Of a DNA stretch of 64,000 nucleotides, positions 35,941-48,819 are shown one piece after another. Position 1 is the stretch's first letter, and the number at the start of each line of letters is the position of its first letter. The position numbers and the translations under genes are program-made. This DNA is from Heterodontus francisci (Eukaryota). A model generated the notes under the pieces. That model worked only from the letters and a program-made list of their open reading frames with translations, had not been told where the DNA came from and searched no databases. The stretch is from NCBI RefSeq assembly GCF_036365525.1, contig NC_090375.1:34281282-34345281 (forward strand), in the 5' to 3' direction.

Positions 35941-38874
35941 GAAATGGCACCACTTCTTTTAGGGATGCAGATGTAACACTCAAGAAGCTAGAAACCAACA
36001 AACCCAAAACAGAAGGAGATGACAAATGGGATAGGTATGGTAGGAGAGGGATGGCATGGTAAGGAATTTAAAGTACTGTTGCAATGATACTAATTGCACT
36101 GCAAACGTTTTGCAGGTCTCTGCTAGGATGGAGTGCAAGAACTCAAATTTACTTCAACAGCACTTTCCAGCCCTGCCAAATCTACCTAAAAAGGACAAGC
36201 TGCAATATCAAGGGAAGACCAGCACCAAGTTCTCTTTGAAGAGACACACCATTCTGACTTGGAGATCTCTGTTCATCATTGGTGTCAATACCCAGGAATT
36301 ACCGACCTAACACCATATTGGAAGCACCCTCACCAAAGGGACTGCAGCAGTTCAAGATGGCCCACCATGACGGTTTAGGGTAAGCAAGGTTGAGCAAAAA
36401 ATTAAGACTTGTCAGTAGCACCCATATCCCATGACCCTTTTAAAAAGGACCATGACAATGGGGATATTGTAACTGGCATCAGTTCCTGTGTGTGAGTATT
36501 GAAAGATAGATGAAAATCAATGTTATGTTCTGTAAAATTACATGTATACACATCAGGACAGGCCAAAACTCAGCTTGATGCACCTTATGGTGCCAATAGC
36601 ATGGCCAGCAGTACCAAAATGAAAAAAATCCATTATCCTACAATGTCTAATGTATTGCATTGCACTAGGCAGGAGTCCTTCCATTTCAGTATCCCCCATA
36701 TCCTTAGCAATGTCAGACACCAAAAGTTCTACAACTGTTACATGGAAAGAGTCATATCAGACACACTTCCATCATTAACATACAATTTACATATGCCATT
36801 CAAGTACAGGCAGACATGAAGAATGTGTCACTTTTTAAGTGGAAAATTTCAGATCAGTGCTAATCTCATTGTGCTGGACGGGGGTAGGGAGGAAAATCAG
36901 GTTGGGGACAATTATTTTGAGACAGAGCAGATGTTGGAGAACAGCTGGAATGGGCCCTGGCACAATTCTAATTCTCACCCCGAATTTGAGGGTTGGTGAA
37001 AAAGGAAATAAAGGGGGAAACATTTGGGTAAAAGGAGTATTTCAGTTAACATATGAAATCTTAATACAATTTTTGTAACTGTAAATTTTGCATCAAGACA
37101 CACTTAGGATCGAGTGTGGTCAAAGTAGAAAATACTTGAATCAGCAATTATGAGTTCTAGAAGCTGCTGTGAACATACATAGCATACTTAAGTACATGGA
37201 TCACAGCACCACAGAAAAATTGACAAGTGGGTTAGAACAATTAATATCTCATTCAGAATACATATTTAACAATTGCTGCATAAGCACATAGATGAGAAAA
37301 AACACACTTGGAGTAGAGAATATACTGCCATCATGCACCCAAAAAATGCAAACATCCTTGATTCGGCAAGTGCTGGAGTGGAATTCTTAACTTGGGTTTT
37401 ACCCAATGAACACAAAATTAATTAGCACTCTCCTGACTTAGTACGTCTTATTTAAGTGGCCACTGAATGACGTAATAAGTAGGTCTACTTCAATTACACT
37501 GTGCCTTGCCAGAAAGTAAAACAGAACTTAACCTTCAGTAACCCACTTTCCATTTTACAGATCATGTAGCTTGCTCAAGCACAGTTCAATCCCTTTACTA
37601 TGTTATGCCACAACTTAAGCACATTAAACCACTGTATATTTGTCAACATTCCAGCTAAATAGCATGCATTAAACTACCTCTTCGAATTGCATATTTAAAA
37701 AGGAAGTTTTCTTTTAACAAGAACCAGAATGGACCTGAGAGACTAGAGTCACTCATCTTCACTTGGTATAAAACAAAATCCATGAAGTGGAAAAGTATGT
37801 TATTTACACATTACAGTATTAAACTAAACTACAAAAACAATGAGTTATGACATAAGCACTAGCATTGGAGCAGCCACGCCATCAAGTTCAGGGAAATTCG
37901 AACTAAAGACATGCAGTCATTACGTCTACTGAAAGTGCATCAAGTCTACCTAGATCCATATTTATTCAAATTGGCTTATCCATAAAAATAAAGTTGGAAA
38001 AGCTACAAACTGCAACTCCGTTTTGCCTTCACAATTTAGAACAGAACACCGATTTAAACCTAGTTAATGGGCACATCTTTTATCCGCTATGCAAGAATTG
38101 TCCTCAATCTTTAATATACCTGCAGGTTTTCCCACTTGTGCAACGTGCCAGTTTGTCAGTCTTTCCCTCCCATTCATTTCAAACAGACATGAAAATTGCA
38201 GGCGCTGAAGCCAGCTGCTCCTCAATCCGGTTTTCAGTTTAAAAAAAAAACCTTTATAGTATTCAAGAGACTAATTGCTTGAAAGCCAACAATTAAGCTA
38301 TGCGCACAAAATTCAGTCAAGAGCTACAATAAATTAATGCATCTTTTCTATTTCCAGATACTGACTCATGTATTACTAGCTTTTTTTTGCTTTTGTTTCA
38401 GATTTCGAGTTTCATTTTTATTTGTGAAGAGAATCTTTGGCTGAGAGAAGTTTGGGTGGGGGGTGGGGAAATAAAATATGCTTATCAAGTCACAATTTAT
38501 TTCCTCATTTTATATATATATTGAATGTCAAATCTAAATCATTTGAGTCACCAAGTAGGATACACAAACTGCCTGGGGAGTGAACAGTGAACTGCCAGAT
38601 TTAAAAAAACTTTCACTAATAATAAAATGAACTTTAAGGCAGACTACCAAGGCCTAGGCATCGACATAGTTAGATACATCACTTAATATCTGACACCTAG
38701 TCTAGAACAAAAAAAAAAGGGACCAATTTAACCACAATATACCATAAAAGTTTGAACAATTTAATCCGCTGAATGTAGTTTTCAGATCAGTGTCATAAAA
38801 CTAGGTTCATAAACAGATCTCATGATATGCTCCAATGTACTTCTTATCCCATCGCCTCACCATCATAAAAAGTA

Positions 38875-41410
38875 TGCATAACACAAGAAATGGGAGGAGT
38901 AGGCCATTCAGCCCCTCAAGCCTGCCCCACCATTCAATAAGATCATGGCTGATCTGTCCCAGGCCTCAACTCCTCTTTCGGGCCTGCTCTGCATAACCTT
39001 CGACTCAGATTTCAAACATCTATCTACCTCTTCCTTAAATACATTTAGTGATCCAGCCTCCACAACTCTGAGGTAGAGAATTCCAGAGATTCAGAAGAAA
39101 TTCCTTCGCATCTCAGTTTTAAATGTGTGACCCCTTATTCTGTAACTACGTCCCCTAGTTCGAGATGCTCCCACCAGTAGAAACATATTCTCAACGTCTG
39201 CCCTGTCAAGCCCCCTTAGAATCTGGTATTTCTAGAAGATCACCTCTCATTCTCCTAAACTCCAATGAGTAAAGGCCTAACCGGTTTAGCTGTTCCTGAT
39301 AAGTCAACCCCTTCATCCCAGGAATCAGTCTAGTGAACCTTTTCTGAACTGCCTCCAATGCTAGTACATCCTTGGTTAAATACAGGGACCAAAACTGTAC
39401 ATGGTACTCCAGGTGTGACCTCACCAACACCCTGTACAGTTGTAACAAGACTTCCCTATTTTTTTTTTTATAAACTAACCTCCTAGCAACAAAGGTCAAA
39501 ATTCCATTAGCCTTCCTAATTACTTGTTGCACCTGCATGCTACCTTTCTGTGTAGCATGTACAAGAACACCCAGATCCCTCTGTACTGCAGTATTTCTCC
39601 ATCTAAATAATCTGCCTTTTTATTCTTCCTACCAAAGTGCATGACCTCACACTTTCCCACATTGAACACCATCTGCCAAGTTTTTGCCCACTTACTCAAC
39701 CTAATTATATCCCTTTGCAGATTCCTTCTGTCCTCCCACCTATTTTTGTCTCATCAGCAAATTTGGATATATTACACTCTGCCCCCTACAAGTCATTAAT
39801 ATCGATAGTAAATAATTGAGGCCCCAGGACTAATACTTGTGGCACTCCACTAGTTACATCTTTCCAACCTGAAAAAGACTCATTAATCCCGACACTCTGT
39901 CTGAGAGTTAACCAATCCTCAATCCATGCTAATACATTACTCCCAATACAGTGAGCTCCTATCTTGTGCAATAATCTTATGCGACACCTTATCGAATGCC
40001 TTCTAGAAATCCAAATATACTACATCTACCGGCTCCCCTTTAATCAACTGCACTGGTTATACCCCCAAAGAACTCTAGCAAATTTGCCAAATATAATTTC
40101 CCATTCACAAAACCATGTTGACTGTTTGATTGCGTTAAGCTTTTCTAAATGTCCTATTTCTTCCTTAATAACGGACTCTAGCATTTTCCCAACGACCGAT
40201 GTTAGGCTGACTGGCCTATAGTTTCCTGCTTTTTGTCTTCCTCCCTTCTTGAACAGGGGTGTCACATTAGCAGTTTTCCAATCTGCTGGGACCCTCCTGG
40301 AATCCAGCAAATTCTAGAATATTTTGACCAATACCTCCACTATCTCTGCAGCCACTTCCTTTAAAACCCTTGGATATAGGCAGATTTATACTTTGTCCTA
40401 CAGTGAGGCAACTCTTCGGGAGCCTATAGACCACTCCCACCTGTGACTTCTTCCCCCTGCTATTCCTTATTTCCACCCAAACTGATTCCACATCATGATC
40501 AATTGCACCAATATCACGACTCACCACCACACTGATACTTTTCTTTATTCAAAGAGCATCCCCACCTCCTTTTCCTTTTTGCCTATTTTTCTAGAACGTC
40601 AAATACCCTTCAACATTGAGCTCCCTATTCTTGGTCACCCTGCAACCATGTCTAATAGCTATCAAGTCATATTCATTTATTTCTATTTGTGCCGTCAACT
40701 CATCTATCTTGTTACAAATGCTGCATGCATTCAGATAAAGAGCCTTAAGCTTTCACTTTTTACCGTTACTACTCATTCTGGTTCTAACTTCTGCTGCACT
40801 CCTCTGCCTATATTTTCTGCCCCTTCCTGTCACACTTTGACCACCATTCGCCTCTTCACTACCCTGCACCTCTGCTCTCTCATTTCTTTGAGTTTTTAAA
40901 CTTCAATTGAACCCTTCTTCCCCACCCCCCCTTCCACACTAATTAGTTTAAAGTCCTATCTACAATCCTAGTTATACGATTCGCCAGGACACTGTTCCCA
41001 ACATGGTTCAAATGATGCCCGTCCCAATGGGACAGCTGTCTCCTTCCCCAGTACTGGTGCCAGTTCCCCATGAATAGGAACCCATTTCTCCCACACCAAT
41101 CTTTGAGCCATGCCTTTACCTCTCCAATCTTATTTACCCTATGCCAATTTGCACGCGGCTCAGGTAGTAATCTAAAGATCAACATCTTTGTGGTTCTGCT
41201 TTTTAAATTTAGCCCCGAGCTGCTCATAGTCCCTCAGCAGAACCTCTTTCCTCGTCCTACCTATGTTGTTGGTACTTATGTGGACCATGACAACTGGATC
41301 CTTCCCCTCCCACTCCAAGTTCCCCTCCAGCCCAGAAGCGATATCCTTAACCTTCGCACCAGGTAGGCAACACAGCCTTCGGGACTCCGTGGCTTTGCTG
41401 TAGAGAACAG
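38875..41410 (-). mobile_element. CR1 with ORF1 esterase half, endonuclease start, ~0.95 kb internal deletion, RT and tail
   Basis: LCCLPGAKVKDI..VHISTNNIG, WDGHHLNH; VESVWVEIRN..VGVVYR; NYRPVSLTSVVGK. Same subfamily as 48820-52790. Confidence 0.9.
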
Positions 41411-41534
41411 TATCATGACATCCCAAAAGTGCTTTACAGCCATTGAAGTATAGTCACTTTTGTAATGTAGGAAACACAACAGCCAATATGCACACAGCAA
41501 GCACCTACAAAACAGCAATATGATAGTTTTCTCT

Positions 41535-43915
41535 CTCCATTCGTTGGATGTAGGTCTCACTGGTAAGGCCAGCATTTATTGTTTAGAGTTTCCCCAAAGA
41601 TGGTCATGTACCTTTTAATTGTGCTGTGAAGTGGTCTAGCAAGCCACTCAGTTCTGCCAAGTAGGAGTCAACCATGTTGGTGTGTGACAAGTCACTTTTT
41701 TCCCTTTCCTCCAGAAAAGGAACTTTATTCATAAAATATGTAAAAATCCATTATACAAGTTTGAATGTGATGTCAAAGTGCAATACATATTAATTTCTTT
41801 CAATACAGTACAGGCGCTCTGATGTAATTTTAAGTGTAGTGAGGTACATCATATTTACATTTCATTTCAAACATTGATACATATGCCCCAGGCACAGGTT
41901 CCAGCTCCTGGATGTACTATGGCTGGAGAGCCTAGGCTGTGCCCATTCCCCATTGAGTCTTTGTAGCAGGTGCCCAAGCTTTAAGTGCATGTGGTTGTGG
42001 GCCTTGGAAGCTGCCAGACTGCAGCACTCAATAGTGGACAGCTCCTTGCACTTGAAGACCAACAAGTTTTGGGCAGACCAAAGAGCACCTTTCACAGAGT
42101 TGATGGCCCTCCAGCAGCAGTTTGTCTTGAAGTACACTCCTGGGAATGTGGAGCAGAGTCCCATGTTACGGAGCTGCTCAGGATGAGCTGTGACCAAAAG
42201 AAAAAACTCTTTCCAGAGAATCTTTGCAAAGGCACATTTCAGAAGGTGGTGGTGGTGACGGTCTCTGCCTCACCATATCTGCCTCAAGTACAGCCTGTGG
42301 TGGAGCTGAGGCTCCAAGTGTGCATGAAGGATCTGACAGGGAGGGCCCTTCTCACCATCAGATAGCCAAGTCTTGGTGCTTGTTTGAAAGTTCTGGTGAT
42401 AAGACAGTCTGTCAAATGACAGAATATACTCAGGGAACCATCTGACAGTATCCACCATTTTCTTTTCCCACAGGGCCTCAAGGACATTATGTGAGGACCA
42501 CTACCTGACGGATTTGTGGTCAAAAGGTGTTTTCTGCACAAACATTGGAGGGACAGGAGGTACAGCACAGTGCAACTGAATGGTGTGTTCCGCGGCAACA
42601 TGTACAGGGAGATTTTGACCTGAGCGCCTCCACTGCCTGTGACTATCATCCCTCTTATGCATGCATCCTTCCTGATGGGACATGGCAGAATGCTTGATAC
42701 AACACATGAACCAGAGAGAGGAAGCCTTGCCTGACTACAGAATAGATCAGAAAGCTTTCCAATTCACACCCACCGATTGAAACTGCACTACTGAGGTTTG
42801 TGTAGAGCAGCTGGATCCAACTGGGGATTCCCTTACCAAACCCCATTTGAGCGCACATCCATCGTGTAGGTGTGCAATATTCTGTCAAAGGCATTCTCAC
42901 CCAATCTGGTGAGGCAAGGTGTCCACCTCTCCTGTCCTGTGCATAGGAGATCGTATCCCTAATTAGCACAAGGCTATTAGAGATCCTCCTACTTGGTATA
43001 GTGTAGTTCTAATTAGGGTGGATCACCAACTCCAGTGCAGAATTGACCCGATTGGCATGACCATGGACAGAATTTTGTAATCCATGTTAACATAGAACAT
43101 AGAACATAAGTGGTGAAATGGTCTGCCAATTTCTGATCTTCTCCCTCTCCCACTTCTGCTTGTTGATGAAGGTGATGATGCCTTTCCTCATGGGCTTGGA
43201 CATGCTGCTGGTCAGAAGCATACTTTTGTACACTTCTAACAGGACCAGGTCGATCCAGTTCCCCACAGAGTCGAATAGAACTCAGCTGGTAAACCATCTT
43301 TTCCAGGAACTTGCTTTTGTCAGTTTGTCCAGACTCTCCCAATTGCTGTTATCCAAGAACAACAGAGGAGGGGAAGGATTGGGAAGCAATGCTCTCTGTA
43401 GGATTCATGTCATACAGCCTGGCATAAAAAGATTTGATGATCCATAGTATGGCTGCAAAGATGTTACATAGCCATCTGCTTCCTTCAGACTACTGATCAC
43501 AGCTACGTACCTTTTGGAAGGAAAAACCTGGAGATCCTTTCGGACATCAACCCCCAGCGACCACAGGAGGAGCAGATTCTGCATGTTTTTCTGGAGTCAG
43601 AACATCTTCCTGCATGTGTCACTCACCTTCTGAACATGTTTGAGGAAGAACCTTGATATACCTTGATCGCTACTCACCAATGTGTCAGAGACTCAAGGTT
43701 CTTCACCAAGCATCACAGATAGATCAAACCAGGCAAGGCCAGTGTGTGTCCTTCCCTACAGGATATTAGTGAACCAGTTGGGATTTACAACAATCCAATA
43801 GTTTCAGGGTCACGTTTAATGATTCCAGCTTTTTATTTATTTTTCTTTAGAAAAACTGCATTCAAATTCTCAAACTGCCACGGTGGGAATGATTTCATTC
43901 TTTTGATTATTAACA
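41535..43915 (-). mobile_element. Second SINE-like family with family-B tail, split by a Tx1-like insertion
   Basis: 41535-41585 matches the family-B 3' end (ggccagcatttattg); non-LINE body to 41695, continuing 43706-43915. Confidence 0.5.
41696..43705 (-). mobile_element. Tx1-like (L1 group) LINE, decayed ORF2
   Basis: LIRDTISYAQDR, SWIQLLYTNLSSAVSI..VRQG, YLMVRRALPVRSFMH, CWRAINSVKGALWSAQNLLVF; AATAAA and A-rich end near 41696-41730. Confidence 0.8.
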
Positions 43916-44489
43916 TGGTGATTAACTCAGACTATTGATTTTCTTCCATGTAAATTATATTTCAAATTATGTATTCTATATTCAGAAAGGTCTGCTCATT
44001 AAAACTGGATTTCTAAAATTTATATTGATAGTCTTTTTATTCCACCAGCAGCTGTACACGACTAAATTTTGCTAGCCTAGAAAAGCAAATATTTGATTGA
44101 TATCATTTGGCGGAGATTGACCTTGCATCCAATCATGGCATTTGAGCAATGTCATGCAGGAACTGTACAATTAATAAAACTTAAAGACCACTCCAAACCA
44201 TCAAGTAACTATTTTCAGTTTCCATGTAAAGACAGTTTACATGAACCTAGCTGAAGATCAACTTGTATGCAAGATCTGATAGCTAGAGATTGGGGAGGTG
44301 GGGGATTTAGACAAAAAACATGTTTCTACTGCTATAAATCGATATCACAGCTGTAATCTTGAAAATGTATAAAATGTAAAATATTTTCAAATACATTTTT
44401 CTGCTTGCATCTACAGACATCTTGCATTGTCTTTTGGCAGAAAAAAAAAGAGGGTAAGCTACTATAAACAAGGGCTATGGAGTAAAATT

Positions 44490-44930
44490 GGAGTGCCACC
44501 TTCCTTGGAAGGTAGGTGATTGACTGGAGAAGTTAGGACTGTTTTCTGTCGAGAAGGGAGGGGGGTGATTTGATAGAGGTATTGAAAATCATGAGGGTCT
44601 GGACAGAGTAGATAGGAGAGAAACTGTCCCCACTCATGAAAGGATTGAGAACGAGAGGGCACAGATTTAAAGTATTTAGTAAGAGAAGAAAAAGTGACAT
44701 TAAGAAAAACTTTTTCATGCAGAGAGTGGTTAAGGTCTGGAATCCACTGCCCGAGTGTGGTGGAGGCAGGTTCAATTGAAGCATTCAAAAGGGAATTAGA
44801 CTGTTCTATGAAAAGGAAGAATGTGCAGGGAGAAGGCGGGGGAATGGAACGGAGCGAATTGCTCTTTCAGGAAGCCAGTGCAGACACAATGGGCCGAATG
44901 GCCTCCTGCTGCACCAACAATTCTGTACTA
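44490..44930 (+). mobile_element. CR1 3' fragment
   Basis: RTRGHRFK.., tail atgggccgaatggcctcctgct. Confidence 0.8.
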
Positions 44931-46678
44931 CCATTAAAAGGTACAGAGTATTAGTTCTGATTGAAAGACTAGAGAAAGGATAATGTGCTAGTCACAATGG
45001 ATACATTTTGTAACTTTTATTCAGGCCATTTCAGTACTGTCAAGTGGCAGATACCCAAGTGGAGTACTTCAAGAAAGACCACCACTAATTCGTTGTCATT
45101 TAACTACTGATCAGCATGAATTTAAGTCTAGGGTTCAAATCCATGCTGTCTAGTTGCTTAATGACCAATGCATGCTTGCCCTCCTCAGAGGGTATGAAAA
45201 AAGGAGAGAAGGCAAGATGTTTTTGGAGGGGAGCAATAAGCTGCCTGAAATGGAAGCATAGAATCAATTTGATATTCTGTGGCAGACCTGGTAATCCAAT
45301 ATTGAAGCCAGACAGTACCACTGTATTCCAGGGCACTGTTTGATCAGTAAACCTAGCTCAATAGAGGAAGATATAGCCCCACTGCTGGGGCGAGGGTGAG
45401 ATATTGTGGACGATGGGTGAAGGAGCAGGAGGCAACTGAACAGATGGTCTCATTCTTAGAGAAAGTCCATAAGCTCCTTCTACTGGCTGGATTTAATGAG
45501 CAGAAGAGGGAGTTTAAGGACACAGTTGGAAATTGAGAAAATAAATTTTAGTATTTGGTTTCTGAAGCAAGCAGGTTTCTCGTGGCCTGCAACTTCTCAC
45601 CAAAACTTCAAAAAAGGTATTTCCCTTCCAGTTTTATTTCCAGATACAGACATCCAGCCTCATGTAGAGTCCCTGAAGTTTCAAAAGGCACAAAGAAAGC
45701 AGAGATGCTAGTCGTTGGTTGTACCCAAGAGTCAACATACTGCAATTTATTTATGCCACTAGAAGGAAAGTGTTAATCTTTATATTGCAGTAAGACAACT
45801 TATGGCTTTGGCCGGTTAAGTGACTTCAATAAGAAAGTGTAAACATATAATAGGCTTGCTTTTATATAGATGCAGTGAAGGGCAATGGTCAAGTTTAGAC
45901 AGTAAACTTAGTCAACAAGTGCAATATAAAGATTAACTTTTCTTTATACCGGTATAAGTAAATAAATTGCAGTTAGTTCTTAAAGATAGGAGGCTATATC
46001 TATGAATAAGTCAATTTCAGAAGCAGCAGATTTGTATGGGAAAAGAATTCTACATGCAAAGGGTGTTTGGAACTCTCTTCTGCAAATGGCAGCTGATGCC
46101 AGGTCAACTGTCAAATATAAATCTGGGACTAACAGATTTTGTGTTAACAAAAAGGTATTAAGGGATATGGGGCAAAATGTTACAGTTAGGTTACACAACA
46201 ACCATGGTCTCAGTGAATGCCAACAGGCTCAAGGGGTCAAATGGCCTACGCTTGGTCCTATAGTGTTGAGCATTGCTCAGAAAGAGAGAGAGACAGGAAA
46301 GCTCCTTGGAAGAAGCAACTGACCAGTAAGATACCGTGCAGCTATAATTTTACCCATTTGTGAAAGCACTTAAAATGATAAAAGCCCAACTTGGTTTCTG
46401 ACTAGCCAAGTTAAATGTGAGCATGCTGGGAAATGCTAAGTTTTTCCTGATGACTCACGTGTGTGGCAAAAGCATTTTCCTAAACTTGATGTCACATAAT
46501 TGTCAGAGACATCAATGCCTTCACATTTAAATACTGATAGACTATAAAAGTTTTTTTTGCAATGAAGTACAGAGGTAGAGATATACCAAGAAAATAGCAA
46601 GCAACTGGAATCAGTGAAAAGTAAATTTACAACCTATTTGTGCTACTCCGTAAAATGTTTTGACAAATCTACCAAGAC

Positions 46679-46680
<2 letters not shown>

Positions 46681-46764
<84 letters not shown>
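46681..46764. repeat. (GA)42 perfect microsatellite
   Basis: 84 bp of uninterrupted GA. Confidence 0.98.
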
Positions 46765-46768
<4 letters not shown>

Positions 46769-47359
46769 ACAATTTTACATTTAAAATACAATTAGAAATA
46801 GTACTCAGCTAGAAAACGCACTGGGGAGAAGAGCTTCATAGCACCAAATAACTTATTCTAGGCTTACATATACACGATTGCTGTATCTAGATAAATGTCA
46901 ATAAAATTCAGTTATAAACTCTTAACTTCTGCATTGCTGGCTTTGATTCTTTGGGTATTAGAAATATTTTTATCTTGGGATGGTAAAACAACTTGCATTT
47001 ATATAGCTTCTTTAAATATAGGGAGCATCTCAAGGGTGGGGAGAAAAAATAAGAGATAATGACCAAGGCATGATGGGAAGTTAGGAAACATGGCTGAAAG
47101 CTTGGTACACGAGTTTGAGAAAGCAGTAGAGAGGAAGTTTCAGAGAATAGAACTGAAGCAGCTGTCATAAGTGGTGCTGCAAAGTGTAGGTGGAATACAT
47201 AGTTGAATAACGAAAGAGCATGTTTTATAGGCTGAAATAGGAATAGCTGGGGAGAGACCATGGAGGTATTAGGACAAATTATTATTATTTTTTTTTTTTT
47301 AAACAGACAGGTTGCGGGATAGGATAAGAATGAAAGTAATGTCTAATTATATGGAATTA

Positions 47360-48695
47360 CATAGAACGTACAGCACAGAAACAGGTCAACTGGTCCAAGT
47401 CAGTGTTTATGCTTCAAATGAGTTTCCTTCCATCCCTCAGTCATAACAGCACAGGAGTCCATTTGGCCCATCAGATCCATGCTGGCTCTCTGTAGAGCAA
47501 TCCAATCAGTCCCATTCCCCCACTCAAGCCCAAAACCCTGCAGGTTTATCTCCAAGTCCCATCCAATTTTCTTTGAAATCATTGGTTGTCTCTACTGCCA
47601 CTATCCTGAGGAAGCCAGGACATTAGCACTCGCTCCGTAAAAAGTTCAGCCTCATGACCTCTCTGCATTGCCCAAAACCTTAAATTGGTGTCCCCTAATC
47701 CTTGTACCATCAGCTAATGGGAACAGCTTTTCTTTATCAACCTTTTCTAAACCTGTCACAGACTTGTACTCTTTTCAAATCTCCGCTCAATCTCCTTTGC
47801 TCAAACAACAACCCCAGCTTCTCCAACCTAACCTTGTGGATAAAATTCCTCATCCTTGGAACTATTTTGGTAAATCTCCTCTGTACCCTCTCAAGGACCC
47901 TCACATCCATCCTAGAATGTGCTGAGTAGAACTGGATGCAATACCTAGTTGTGGCCTAATCAGAGCTTTATAGAGGTTTAGCGTAACTTCCCTGCTTTTG
48001 TACTCAATACCTCGATTTGTGAAGTCCAAGATCCCATATGCTTTGCTGACTATTCTCTCAATATGTCTCGCCACCTTCAAAAATCTATCCACATGAACCC
48101 CCAGGTCCCTCTCTCCCTGTACACTCTTTAGAACTGTGCCATTAAGTCTATATTACTTCTCTCTATCCCTTCTACCAAAATGCATCACCTCACACTTGTC
48201 AACATTAAATTCCATCTGCCATAAAAACAAAGTGCTGGAAGTGCTCAGCAGGTCAGACAGCATCTGTGAGAGAGAAGCAGAGTTAACGTTTCAGATCTGT
48301 GACCTTTTATCAGAACTCAGATTTCCAGCAGCTGCAGTATTTTGCTTTAAATTCCATCTGCCACTTGTCTGCCCATTCTGCTATGTAGCCAATTGGCATC
48401 ACTCTCACTGTCTGCCACACCTCCAAATTTGGTATCATTGGCAAAATTTGAAATTTTACTCTATTCCAATATTCGAAGTAGTGGTCCTAGCACTGGACCT
48501 TGAGGAACAATGTCTATCATACTCCAGAGTGAAAAACAACCATTTACCACTACTCTCTATTTTCTGTCCCCAAGCTTTTTTAAAATCCAAGCCAACACTG
48601 ATCCTCCTATCCCATGAGCTTCAATTTTGTTAACTAGCCTTTTATGTGGTACTTTGTCAAACACTTAAAAATCCATCAAGACAACATTCATTGCA
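47360..48695 (-). mobile_element. CR1 fragment(s) with nested Penelope mini-insertion
   Basis: VSKAYGILDFTNRGIEYKSREVTLNLYKALIRPQL; CR1 tails near 47360 and 47440. Confidence 0.75.
48222..48346 (-). mobile_element. 125-bp Penelope pLTR mini-insertion with hammerhead-like motif (48281-48317), inverted end and 17-bp TSD
   Basis: ttaaattccatctgcca at 48205-48221 and 48347-48363; minus strand agtt-CTGATAA-aaggtcacagatct-GAAACGTT-aact. Confidence 0.85.
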
Positions 48696-48819
48696 TAATT
48701 TTTAATGAGTATAAACACAGAGCAGGACTAGAAGTTTTAGTTACAAGTGATTGTTTAAACAGGTACTTTTAAATTAAATGAAAACAAACATCCAAATATT
48801 TAACATCCAAATTAATTAA

